A stretch of 64,000 bases of DNA from Mobula hypostoma (taxonomy: Eukaryota): NCBI RefSeq assembly GCF_963921235.1, contig NC_086108.1, positions 99,140,001 through 99,204,000 on the forward strand. Direction: 5' to 3'. The position numbers and the translations under genes are program-made. Below the pieces are notes generated by a model, which was given only the letters and a program-made list of their open reading frames with translations, searched no databases and was not told the DNA's origin. Within the stretch, counting starts at the first letter, position 1. Each line of letters begins with the position of its first letter. Below, in pieces: positions 1 through 15,000 of the stretch.

Positions 1-3000
1 ATGTACTCCTTATCCCCCCCTCACCACCTCACCTACACCAGACAGCATGTACTCCTTATCCCCCTCACCAGCTCACCTACACCAGGCAGCATGTACTCCT
101 TATCCCCCCCTCACCACCTCACCTACACCAGACAGCATGTACTCCTTATCCCCCCTCACCCCCTCACCTACACCAGACAGCATGTACTCCTTACCGCCCC
201 TCACCACATCACCTACACCAGACAGCATGTACTCCTTACCCCCGCCTCACCAGCTCACCTACACCAGACAGCATGTACTCCTTACCGCCCCTCACCACCT
301 CACCTACACCAGACAGCATGTACTCCTTATCCCCCTCACCACCTCACCTACACCAGACAGCGTGTACTCCTTATCCCCCCTTCGCCACCTCACCTACACC
401 AGACAGCATGTACTCCTTATCCCCCCCTCGCCACCTCACCTACACCAGACAGCATGTACTCCTTAACCCCCTCACCACCTCACCTACACCAGACAGCATG
501 TACTCCTTAACCCCCTCACCACCTCACCTACACCAGACAGCATGTACTCCTTATCCCCCTCACCACCTCACCTGCACCAGACATCATGTACTCCTTATCC
601 CCCTCACCACCTCACCTACACCAGACAGCATGTACTCCTTATCCCAATCACAACCTCACCGACATCAGACAGCATGTACTCCTTATCCCCCTCACCACCT
701 CACCTACACCAGACAGCATGTACTCCTTATCCCCCTCACCAGCTCACCTACACCAGGCAGCATGTACTCCTTATCCCCCCCTCACCACCTCACCTACACC
801 AGACAGCATGTACTCCTTATCCCCCCTCACCCCCTCACCTACACCAGACAGCATGTACTCCTTACCGCCCCTCACCACATCACCTACACCAGACAGCATG
901 TACTCCTTACCCCCGCCTCACCAGCTCACCTACACCAGACAGCATGTACTCCTTACCGCCCCTCACCACCTCACCTATACCAGACAGCATGTACTCCTTA
1001 TCCCCCTCACCACCTCACCTACACCAGACAGCATGTACTCCTTATCCCCCCCTCACCAGCTCACCTTCACCAGACAGCATGTACTCCTTATCCCCCTCAG
1101 CACCTCACCTACACCAGACAGCATGTACTCCTTATCCGCCCCTCACCACCTCACCTACACCAGACAGCATGTACTCCTTATCCCCCGTCAACACCACAAA
1201 TACACCAGACAGCATGTACTCCTTATCCCCCGTCACCACCTCACCTGCACCAGACAGCATGTACTCCTTATCCCCACCTCGCCACCTCACCTACACCAGA
1301 CAGCATGTACTCCTTATCCCCCTCACCACCTCACCTACACCAGACAGCATGTACTCCTTATCCCCCTCACCACCTCACCTACACCAGACAGCGTGTACTC
1401 CTTATCCCCACTTCGCCACCTCACCTACACCAGACAGCATGTACTCCTTATCCCCCCCTCGCCACCTCACCTACACCAGACAGCATGTACTCCTTAACCC
1501 CCTCACCAGCTCACCTACACCAGACAGCATGTACTCCTTAACCCCCTCACCACCTCACCTACAAAAGACAACATGTACTCCTTATCCCCCTCACCACCTC
1601 ATCCTACACCAGACATCATGTACTCCTTATCCCCCTCACCACCTCACCTACACCAGACAGCATGTACTCCTTATCCCCCTCACAACCTCACCGACATCAG
1701 ACAGCATGTACTCCTTATCCCCGCTTCGCCACCTCACCTACACCAGACAGCATGTACTCCTTATCCCCCCTCACCACCTCACCTACACCAGACAGCATGT
1801 ACTCCTTATACCCCTCACCACCTCACCTACAGCAGACAGCATGTACTCCTTATCCCCCTCACCACCTCACCGACATCAGACAGCAGGTACTCCTGACCCC
1901 CCTCACCACCTCACCTGCACCAGACAGCATGTACTCCTTATTCCTCCCTCACCACCTCACCGACACCAGACAGCATGTACTCCTTATCCCCCCCTCACCA
2001 GCTCACCTACACCAGGCAGCATGTACTCCTTACCCCCCCTCACCACTCACCTACACCAGACAGCATGTATTCCTTACACCCCCCTCACCACCTCACCTAC
2101 ACCAGATAGCATGTACTCCTTATCCCCCTGAACACCTCACGTACACCAGACAGCAGGAACTCCTTACCCCCCTCACCACCTCACCTACACCAGACAGCAT
2201 GTACTCCTTATCCCCCCTCACCACCTCACCTACACCAGACAGCATGTACTCCTTATCCCCCTCACCACCTCACCTACACCAGACAGCATGTACTCCTTAT
2301 ACCCCTCACCACCTCACCTACACCAGACAGCATGTACTCCTTATCCCCCTCACCACCTCACCTACACCAGACAGCATGTACTCCTTATCCCCCTCACCAC
2401 CTCACCTACACCAGACAGCGTGTACTCCTTATCGCCCCTTCGCAACCTCACCTACACCAGACAGCATGAACTCCTTAACCCCCTCACCACCTCACCTACA
2501 CCAGACAGCATGTACTCCTTATCCCCCTCACCACCTCACCTACACCAGACAGCATGTACTCCTTATCCCCCTCACCACCTCACATACACCAGACAGCATG
2601 TACTCCTTATCCCCCTCACCACCTCACCTGCACCAGACAGCAAGTACTCCTTACCCCGCCTCACCATCTCACCTACACCAGACAGCATGTACTCCTTATC
2701 CCCCTCACCACCTCACCTACACCAGACAGCATGTACTCCTTACCCCCTCAGCACCTCACCTACACCAGACAGAATGTACTCCTTATCCCCCCTCACCACC
2801 TCACCTACACCAGACAGCATGTACTCCTTATCCCCCCCTCACCACCTCACCTACACCAGACAGCATGTACTCCTTATCCCCCTCACCACCTCACCTACAC
2901 CAGACAGCATGTACTCCGTATCCCCCTCACCACCTCACCTTCACCAGACAGCATGTACTCCTTATCCCCCCCTCACCACCTCACCTACACCAGACAGCAT

Positions 3001-6000
3001 GTACTCCTTATCCCCCCTCACCACCTCACCTACACCAGACAGCATGTACTCCTTATCCCCCTCACCACCTCACCTACACCAGGCAGCATGTACTCCTTAT
3101 CCCCCCCTCACCACCTCACCTACACCAGACAGCATGTACTCCTTATCCCCCTCACCAGCTCACCTACACCAGGCAGCATGTACTCCTTATCCCCCCCTCA
3201 CCACCTCACCTACACCAGACAGCATGTACTCCTTATCCCCCCTCACCCCCTCACCTACACCAGACAGCATGTACTCCTTACCGCCCCTCACCACATCACC
3301 TACACCAGACAGCATGTACTCCTTACCCCCGCCTCACCAGCTCACCTACACCAGACAGCATGTACTCCTTACCGCCCCTCACCACCTCACCTACACCAGA
3401 CAGCATGTACTCCTTATCCCCCTCACCACCTCACCTACACCAGACAGCGTGTACTCCTTATCCCCCCTTCGCCACCTCACCTACACCAGACAGCATGTAC
3501 TCCTTATCCCCCCCTCGCCACCTCACCTACACCAGACAGCATGTACTCCTTAACCCCCTCACCACCTCACCTACACCAGACAGCATGTACTCCTTAACCC
3601 CCTCACCACCTCACCTACACCAGACAGCATGTACTCCTTATCCCCCTCACCACCTCACCTGCACCAGACATCATGTACTCCTTATCCCCCTCACCACCTC
3701 ACCTACACCAGACAGCATGTACTCCTTATCCCAATCACAACCTCACCGACATCAGACAGCATGTACTCCTTATCCCCCTCACCACCTCACCTACACCAGA
3801 CAGCATGTACTCCTTATCCCCCTCACCAGCTCACCTACACCAGGCAGCATGTACTCCTTATCCCCCCCTCACCACCTCACCTACACCAGACAGCATGTAC
3901 TCCTTATCCCCCCTCACCCCCTCACCTACACCAGACAGCATGTACTCCTTACCGCCCCTCACCACATCACCTACACCAGACAGCATGTACTCCTTACCCC
4001 CGCCTCACCAGCTCACCTACACCAGACAGCATGTACTCCTTACCGCCCCTCACCACCTCACCTATACCAGACAGCATGTACTCCTTATCCCCCTCACCAC
4101 CTCACCTACACCAGACAGCATGTACTCCTTATCCCCCCCTCACCAGCTCACCTACACCAGACAGCATGTACTCCTTATCCCCCTCAGCACCTCACCTACA
4201 CCAGACAGCATGTACTCCTTATCCGCCCCTCACCACCTCACCTACACCAGACAGCATGTACTCCTTATCCCCCGTCAACACCACAAATACACCAGACAGC
4301 ATGTACTCCTTATCCCCCGTCACCACCTCACCTGCACCAGACAGCATGTACTCCTTATCCCCACCTCGCCACCTCACCTACACCAGACAGCATGTACTCC
4401 TTATCCCCCTCACCACCTCACCTACACCAGACAGCATGTACTCCTTATCCCCCTCACCACCTCACCTTCACCAGACAGCGTGTACTCCTTATCCCCACTT
4501 CGCCACCTCACCTACACCAGACAGCATGTACTCCTTATCCCCCCCTCGCCACCTCACCTACACCAGACAGCATGTACTCCTTAACCCCCTCACCAGCTCA
4601 CCTACACCAGACAGCATGTACTCCTTAACCCCCTCACCACCTCACCTACAAAAGACAACATGTACTCCTTATCCCCCTCACCACCTCATCCTACACCAGA
4701 CATCATGTACTCCTTATCCCCCTCACCACCTCACCTACACCAGACAGCATGTACTCCTTATCCCCCTCACAACCTCACCGACATCAGACAGCATGTACTC
4801 CTTATCCCCGCTTCGCCACCTCACCTACACCAGACAGCATGTACTCCTTATCCCCCCTCACCACCTCACCTACACCAGACAGCATGTACTCCTTATACCC
4901 CTCACCACCTCACCTACACCAGACAGCATGTACTCCTTATCCCCCTCACCACCTCACCTACACCAGACAGCATGTACTCCTTATCCCCCTCACCACCTCA
5001 CCTACACCAGACAGCGTGTACTCCTTATCGCCCCTTCGCAACCTCACCTACACCAGACAGCATGAACTCCTTAACCCCCTCACCACCTCACCTACACCAG
5101 ACGGCATGTACTCCTTATCCCCCTCACCACCTCACCTACACCAGACAGCATGTACTCCTTATCCCCCTCACCACCTCACATACACCAGACAGCATGTACT
5201 CCTTATCCCCCTCACCACCTCACCTGCACCAGACAGCAAGTACTCCTTACCCCGCCTCACCATCTCACCTACACCAGACAGCATGTACTCCTTATCCCCC
5301 CCTCACCACCTCACCTACACCAGACAGCATGTACTCCTTATCCCCCCTCACCACCTCACCTACACCAGACAGCATGTACTCCTTATCCCCCTCACCACCT
5401 CACCTACACCAGACAGCATGTACTCCTTATCCCCCTCACCAGCTCACCTACACCAGGCAGCATGTACTCCTTATCCCCCCCTCACCACCTCACCTACACC
5501 AGACAGCATGTACTCCTTATGCCCCTCACCACCTCACCTACACCAGACAGCATGTACTCCTTATCCCCCTCACCAGCTCACCTACACCAGGCAGCATGTA
5601 CTCCTTATCCCCCCCTCACCACCTCACCTACACCAGACAGCATGTACTCCTTATCCCCCCTCACCCCCTCACCTACACCAGACAGCATGTACTCCTTACC
5701 GCCCCTCACCACATCACCTACACCAGACAGCATGTACTCCTTACCCCCGCCTCACCAGCTCACCTACACCAGACAGCATGTACTCCTTACCGCCCCTCAC
5801 CACCTCACCTACACCAGACAGCATGTACTCCTTATCCCCCTCACCACCTCACCTACACCAGACAGCATGTACTCCTTATCCCCCCCTCACCAGCTCACCT
5901 ACACCAGACAGCATGTACTCCTTATCCCCCTCAGCACCTCACCTACACCAGACAGCATGTACTCCTTATCCGCCCCTCACCACCTCACCTACACCAGACA

Positions 6001-9000
6001 GCATGTACTCCTTATCCCCCGTCAACACCACAAATACACCAGACAGCATGTACTCCTTATCCCCCGTCACCACCTCACCTACACCAGACAGCATGTACTC
6101 CTTATCCCCAACTCGCCACCTCACCTACACCAGACAGCATGTACTCCTTATCCCCCTCACCACCTCACCTACACCAGACAGCATGTACTCCTTAACCCCC
6201 TCACCACCTCACCTACACCAGACAGCGTGTACTCCTTATCCCCCCTTCGCCACCTCACCTACACCAGACAGCATGTACTCCTTATCCCCCCCTCGCCACC
6301 TCACCTACACCAGACAGCATGTACTCCTTAACCCCCTCACCACCTCACCTACACCAGACAGCATGTACTCCTTAACCCCCTCACCACCTCACCTACACCA
6401 GACAGCATGTACTCCTTATCCCCCTCACCACCTCACCTGCACCAGACATCATGTACTCCTTATCCCCCTCACCACCTCACCTACACCAGACAGCATGTAC
6501 TCCTTATCCCCCTCACAACCTCACCGACATCAGACAGCATGTACTCCTTATCCCCGCTTCGCCACCTCACCTACACCAGACAGCATTTACTCCTGACCCC
6601 CCTCACCACCTCACCTACACCAGACAGCATGTACTCCTTAACCCCTCCTCACCAGCTCACCTTCACCAGACAGCATGTACTCCTTATCCCTCCCTCACCA
6701 CCTCACCTACCCCAGACAGCATGTACCCCTTATCCTCCTCACCACCTCACCTACACCAGACAGCATGTACTCCTTATCCCCCTCACCAGCTCACCTACAC
6801 CAGGCAGCATGTACTCCTTATCCCCCCCTCACCACCTCACCTACACCAGACAGCATGTACTCCTTATCCCCCCTCACCCCCTCACCTACACCAGACAGCA
6901 TGTACTCCTTACCGCCCCTCACCACATCACCTACACCAGACAGCATGTACTCCTTACCCCCGCCTCACCAGCTCACCAACACCAGACAGCATGTACTCCT
7001 TACCGCCCCTCACCACCTCACCTACACCAGACAGCATGTACTCCTTATCCCCCTCACCACCTCACCTACACCAGACAGCATGTACTCCTTATCCCCCCCT
7101 CACCAGCTCACCTACACCAGACAGCATGTACTCCTTATCCCCCTCAGCACCTCACCTACACCAGACAGCATGTACTCCTTATCCGCCCCTCACCACCTCA
7201 CCTACACCAGACAGCATGTACTCCTTATCCCCCGTCAACACCACAAATACACCAGACAGCATGTACTCCTTATCCCCCGTCACCACCTCACCTACACCAG
7301 ACAGCATGTACTCCTTATCCCCACCTCGCCACCTCACCTACACCAGACAGCATGTACTCCTTATCCCCCTCACCACCTCACCTACACCAGACAGCATGTA
7401 CTCCTTATCCCCCTCACCACCTCACCTACACCAGACAGCGTGTACTCCTTATCCCCCCTTCGCCACCTCACCTACACCAGACAGCATGTACTCCTTATCC
7501 CCCCCTCGCCACCTCACCTACACCAGACAGCATGTACTCCTTAACCCCCTCACCACCTCACCTACACCAGACAGCATGTACTCCTTAACCCCCTCACCAC
7601 CTCACCTACACCAGACAGCATGTACTCCTTATCCCCCTCACCACCTCATCCTACACCAGACATCATGTACTCCTTATCCCCCTCACCACCTCACCTACAC
7701 CAGACAGCATGTACTCCTTATCCCCCTCACAACCTCACCGACATCAGACAGCATGTACTCCTTATCCCCGCTTCGCCACCTCACCTACACCAGACAGCAT
7801 TTACTCCTGACCCCCCTCACCACCTCACCTACACCAGACAGCATGTACTCCTTAACCCCTCCTCACCAGCTCACCTTCACCAGACAGCATGTACTCCTTA
7901 TCCCTCCCTCACCACCTCACCTACCCCAGGCAGCATGTACTCCTTACCCCCCCCTCACCACCTCACCTACACCAGACAGCATGTACTCCTTATCCCCCTG
8001 AACACCTCACGTACACCAGACAGCATGAACACCTTACCCCCCTCAGCACCTCACCTGCACCAGACAGCATGTACTCCTTATCCCCCCTCACCCCCTCACC
8101 TACACCAGACAGCATGTACTCCTTATCCCCCTCACCACCTCACATACACCAGGCAGCATGTACTCCTTATCCCCCTCACCACCTCACCTTCACCAGACAG
8201 CATGTACTCCTTATCCCCCTCACCACCTCACATACACCAGACAGCATGTACTCCTTATCACCCTCACCACCTAACCTACACCAGACAGCATGTACTCCTT
8301 ATCCCTCCTACCACCTCAACGACACCAGACAGCATGTACTCCATATCCCCTGAACACCTCGCCTACACCAGACAGCATGTACTCCTTAACCCCCTCACCA
8401 CATCACCTGCACCAGACAGCATGTACTCCTTAACCCCCTCACCACCTCACCTACACCAGACAGCATGTACTCCTTATCCCCCTCACCACCTCACCAACAC
8501 CAGCCAGCATGTACTCCTTATCCCCCTCACCACCTCACCTACACCAGACAGCATGTACTCCTTATCCCGCTCACCACCTCACCTACACCAGACAGAATGT
8601 ACTCCTTATCCCCCCTCACCACCTCACCTGCACCAGACAGCATGTACTCCTTAGCCCCCCCTCAACACCTCACCTACACCAGACAGCATGTACTCCTTAT
8701 CCCCCTCACCACCTCATCCTACACCAGACAGCATGTACTCCTTATTCCCCCTCACCACCTCATCCTACACCAGACAGCATGTACTCCTTAACCCCCTCAC
8801 CACCTCATCCTACACCAGACAGCATGTACTCCTTATCCCCCCCTCACCACCTCACCTACACCAGATTGCATGTACTCCTTACCCCCATCACCACCTCACC
8901 TACACCAGACAGCATGTACTCCTTATCCCGCCCTCACCACCTCACCTACACCAGACAGCATGTACTCCTTATCCCCCGTCACCACGTCACCTACACCAGA

Positions 9001-12000
9001 CAGCATGTACTCCATATCCCGCTCACCACCTCACCTACACCAGACAGCATGTACTCCTTAACCCCCTCACCACCTCATCCTACACCAGACAGCATGTACT
9101 CCTTATCCCCCCCTCACCACCTCACCTACACCAGATTGCATGTACTCCTTACCCCCATCACCACCTCACCTACCCCAGACAGCATGTACTCCTTATCCCC
9201 CCCTCACCACCTCACCTACACCAGACAGCATGTACTCCTTATCCCCCGTCACAACCTCACCTACACCAGACAGCATGTACTCCTTATCCCCCTCACCACC
9301 TCACCTTCACCAGACAGCATGTACTCCTTAACCCCCTCACCACCTCACCTACACCAGACAGCATGTACTCCTTTTCCCCCTCACCACCTCACCTACACCA
9401 GACAGCTTGTACTCCTTATCCCCCTCACCACCTCACCTACACCAGACAGCATGTACTCCTTACACACCCTCACCACCTCACCTACACCAGACAGCGTGTA
9501 CTCCTTATCACTCTCACCACCTCACCTACATCAGACAGCATGTACTCCTTATCACTCTCACCACCTCACCTACACCAGACAGCATGTACTCCTTATCCCC
9601 CCCTCACCACCTCACCTACACCAGACAGCATGTACTCCTTAATCCCCCCACCACCTCACCTACACCAGACAGCATGTACTCCTTAATCCCCCCACCACCT
9701 CACCTACACCAGACAGCATGTACTCCTTATCCCCCGTCACCACCTCACTGACATCAGACAGCATGTACTCCTGACCCCCCTCACCACCTCACCTGCACCA
9801 GACAGCATGTACTCCTAACCCCCTCACCACCTCACCTACACCAGACAGCATGTACTCCTTATCCCCCTCACCACCTCACCTACACCAGACAGCTTGTACT
9901 CCTTATCCCCCTCACCACCTCACCTACACCAGGCAGCATGTACTCCTTATCCCCCTCACCACCTCACCTACACCAGACAGCATGTACTCCTTAACCCCCT
10001 CACCACCTCACCTACACCAGACAGCATGTACTCCTTTCACCCCATCACCACCTCACCGACACCAGACAGCATGCACTCCTTATCACTCTCACCACCTCAC
10101 CTACACCAGACAGCATGTATTCCTTACTCCCCCCTCACCACCTCACCTACACCAGATAGCATGTACTCCTTATCCCCCTCACCACCTCACCTACACCAGA
10201 CAGCATGTACTCCTTACCCCCCTCACCACCTCACCTACACCAGACAGCATGTACTCCTTATCCCCCTCACCACCTCACCTACACCAGACAGCATGTACTC
10301 CTTATCCCCCCTCAACACCACACCTACACCAGACAGCATGTACTCCTTATCCCCCTCACCACCTCACCTACACCAGGCAGCATGTACTCCATATCCCGCT
10401 CACCACCTCACCTTCACCAGACAGCATGTACTCCTTATCCCCCTCACCACCTCACCTACACCTGACAGCATGTACTCCTTATCCCCCCTCAACACCACAC
10501 ATACACCAGGCAGCATGTACTCCATATCCCGCTCACCACCGCACCTACACCAGACAGCATGTACTCCTTATCCCCCCTTACCACCTCACCTACACCAGAC
10601 AGCATGTACTCCTTAACCCCCTCACCACCTCACATACACCAGACAGCATGTACTCCTTATCCCCCTCACCCCCTCACCTACACCAGACAGCATGTACTCC
10701 TTATCATCCCCTCACCACCTCACCTACACCAGACAGCATGTACTCCTTAACCCCCTCACCACCTCACCTACACCAGACAGCATGTACTCCTTATCCCCCG
10801 TCACCACCTCACCTACACCAGACAGCATGTACTCCTTAACCCCCTCAGCACCTCACCTACACCAGACAGCATGTACTCCTTATCCCCCTCACCACCTCAC
10901 CTACACCAGACAGCATGTACTCCTTAACCCCCTCATCACCTCACCTACACCAGACAGCATGTACTCCTTAACCCCCTTACAACCTCACCTACACCAGACA
11001 GCATGTACTCCTTATCCCCCTCACCACCTCACCTACACCAGACAGCATGTACTCCTTAACCCCCTCACCACCTCACCTACACCAGACAGCATGTACTCCT
11101 TATCCCCCCCTCGCCACCTCACCTACACCAGACAGCATGTACTCCTTATCCCCCCCTCGCCACCTCACCTACACCAGACAGCATGTACTCCTTAACCACC
11201 CCACCACCTCACCTACACCAGACAGCATGTACTCCTTATCCCCCTCACCACCTCACCTACACCAGACAGCATGTACTCCTTATCCCCCTCACCACCTCAC
11301 CGACATCAGACAGCATGTACTCCTTATCCCCCCTTCGCCACCTCACCTGCACCAGACAGCATGTACTCCTTAACCCCTCCTCACCAGCTCACCTTCACCA
11401 GACAGCATGTACTCCTTATCCCTCCCTCACCACCTCACCTACACCAGGCAGCATGTACTCCTTATCCCCCTCACCACCTCACCAACACCAGCCAGCATGT
11501 ACTCCTTATCCCCCTCACCACCTCACCTACACCAGACAGCATGTACTCCTTATCCCCCTCACCTACACCAGACAGCATGTACTCCTTATCCCGCTCACCA
11601 CCTCACCTACACCAGACAGAATGTACTCCTTATCCCCCCTCACCATCTCACCTACACCAGACAGCATGTATTCCTTACCCACCTCACCACCTCACCTGCA
11701 CCAGACAGCATGTACTCCTTAGCCCCCACTCAACACCTCACCTACACCAGACAGCATGTACTCCTTATCCCCCTCACCACCTCATCCTACACCAGACAGC
11801 ATGTACTCCTTATCCCCCTCACCACCTCACCTACACCAGACAGCATGTACTCCTTAACCCCCTCACCACCTCACCTACACCAGACAGCATGAACTCCTTA
11901 CCCCCCTCAGCACCTCACCTACACCAGACAGCATGTACTCCTTATCCCCCCTCACCCCCTCACCTACACCAGACAGCATGTACTCCTTATCCCCCTCACC

Positions 12001-15000
12001 ACCTCACATACACCAGGCAGCATGTACTCCTTATCCCCCTCACCACCTCACCTTCACCAGACAGCATGTACTCCTTATCCCCCTCACCACCTCACATACA
12101 CCAGACAGCATGTACTCCTTATCCCTCCTACCACCTCAACGACACCAGACAGCATGTACTCCATATCCCCTCAACACCTCGCCTACACCAGACAGCATGT
12201 ACTCCTTAACCCCCTCACCACCTCACCTACAGCAGACAGCATGTACTCCTTATCCCTCCCTCACCCCCTCACCTACACCAGACAGCATGTACTCCTTATC
12301 CCCTTCACCACCTCACCTACACCAGACAGCATGTACTCCTTATCCCTCCCTCACCCCCTCAGCTACACCAGACAGCATGTACTCCTTATCCCCTTCACCA
12401 CCTCACCTACACCAGACAGCATGTACTCCTTATCCCCCTCACCACCTCACCTACACCAGACAGCATGTACTCCTTATCCCCCTCACCACCTCATCTACAC
12501 CAGACAGCATGTACTCCTTATCCCTCCCTCACCCCCTCAGCTACACCAGACAGCATGTACTCCTTATCCCCCCCTCACCACCTCACCTACACCAGACAGC
12601 ATGTACTCCTTATCCCCTTCACCACCTCACCTACACCAGACAGCATGTACTCCTTATCCCCCTCACCACCTCACCTACACCAGACAGCATGTACTCCTTA
12701 TCCCCCCTCAACACCACACCTACACCAGACAGCATGTACTCCTTATCCCCCTCACCACCTCACCTACACCAGACAGCATGTACTCCTTATCCCCCCTCAC
12801 CACCTCATCTACACCAGACAGCATGTACTCCTTATCCCCCTCACCACCTCACCTACACCAGACAGCATGTACTCCTTATCCCCCTCACCACCTCACCTAC
12901 ACCAGACAGAGCGTACCCCTTATCTCTCCCACCTCACCTGCACCAGACAGTATTTACTCCATATCCCCCCGTCACCAAATCACCGACACCAGGCAGCATG
13001 TACTCCTTATCCCCCTCAGCACCTCACCTACACCAGACAGCATGTACTCCTTATCCCCCTGAACACCTCACGTACACCAGACAGCATGAACACCTTACCC
13101 CCCTCAGCACCTCACCTGCACCAGACAGCATGTACTCCTTATCCCCCCTCACCCCCTCACCTACACCAGACAGCATGTACTCCTTATCCCCCTCACCACC
13201 TCACATACACCAGGCAGCATGTACTCCTTATCCCCCTCACCACCTCACCTTCACCAGACAGCATGTACTCCTTATCCCCCTCACCACCTCACATACACCA
13301 GACAGCATGTACTCCTTATCACCCTCACCACCTAACCTACACCAGACAGCATGTACTCCTTATCCCTCCTACCACCTCAACGACACCAGACAGCATGTAC
13401 TCCATATCCCCTCAACACCTCGCCTACACCAGACAGCATGTACTCCTTAACCCCCTCACCACATCACCTGCACCAGACAGCATGTACTCCTTAACCCCCT
13501 CACCACCTCACCTACACCAGACAGCATGTACTCCTTATCCCCCTCACCACCTCACCAACACCAGCCAGCATGTACTCCTTATCCCCCTCACCACCTCACC
13601 TACACCAGACAGCATGTACTCCTTATCCCGCTCACCACCTCACCTACACCAGACAGAATGTACTCCTTATCCCCCCTCACCACCTCACCTGCACCAGACA
13701 GCATGTACTCCTTAGCCCCCCCTCAACACCTCACCTACACCAGACAGCATGTACTCCTTATCCCCCTCACCACCTCATCCTACACCAGACAGCATGTACT
13801 CCTTATTCCCCCTCACCACCTCATCCTACACCAGACAGCATGTACTCCTTAACCCCCTCACCACCTCATCCTACACCAGACAGCATGTACTCCTTATCCC
13901 CCCCTCACCACCTCACCTACACCAGATTGCATGTACTCCTTACCCCCATCACCACCTCACCTACACCAGACAGCATGTACTCCTTATCCCGCCCTCACCA
14001 CCTCACCTACACCAGACAGCATGTACTCCTTATCCCCCGTCACCACGTCACCTACACCAGACAGCATGTACTCCATATCCCGCTCACCACCTCACCTACA
14101 CCAGACAGCATGTACTCCTTAACCCCCTCACCACCTCATCCTACACCAGACAGCATGTACTCCTTATCCCCCCCTCACCACCTCACCTACACCAGATTGC
14201 ATGTACTCCTTACCCCCATCACCACCTCACCTACACCAGACAGCATGTACTCCTTATCCCCCCCTCACCACCTCACCTACACCAGACAGCATGTACTCCT
14301 TATCCCCCGTCACAACCTCACCAACACCAGACAGCATGTACTCCTTATCCCCCGTCACCACCTCACTGACATCAGACAGCATGTACTCCTGACCCCCCTC
14401 ACCACCTCACCTGCACCAGACAGCATGTACTCCTAACCCCCTCACCACCTCACCTACACCAGACAGCATGTACTCCTTATCCCCCTCACCACCTCACCTA
14501 CACCAGACAGCTTGTACTCCTTATCCCCCTCACCACCTCACCTACACCAGACAGCATGTACTCCTTATCCCCCTCACCACCTCACCTACACCAGACAGCA
14601 TGTACTCCTTAACCCCCTCACCACCTCACCTACACCAGACAGCATGTACTCCTTTCACCCCATCACCACCTCACCGACACCAGACAGCATGCACTCCTTA
14701 TCACTCTCACCACCTCACCTACACCAGACAGCATGTATTCCTTACTCCCCCCTCACCACCTCACCTACACCAGATAGCATGTACTCCTTATCCCCCTCAC
14801 CACCTCACCTACACCAGACAGCATGTACTCCTTACCCCCCTCACCACCTCACCTACACCAGACAGCATGTACTCCTTATCCCCCTCACCACCTCACCTAC
14901 ACCAGACAGCATGTACTCCTTATCCCCCCTCAACACCACACCTACACCAGACAGCATGTACTCCTTATCCCCCTCACCACCTCACCTACACCAGGCAGCA

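Noticed and set aside
6689..6701. Match to the human PRDM9 hotspot motif CCTCCCTNNCCAC, with degenerate matches in six-C monomers
   Set aside because: The motif is specific to human PRDM9 alleles and is expected by chance in C-rich DNA.
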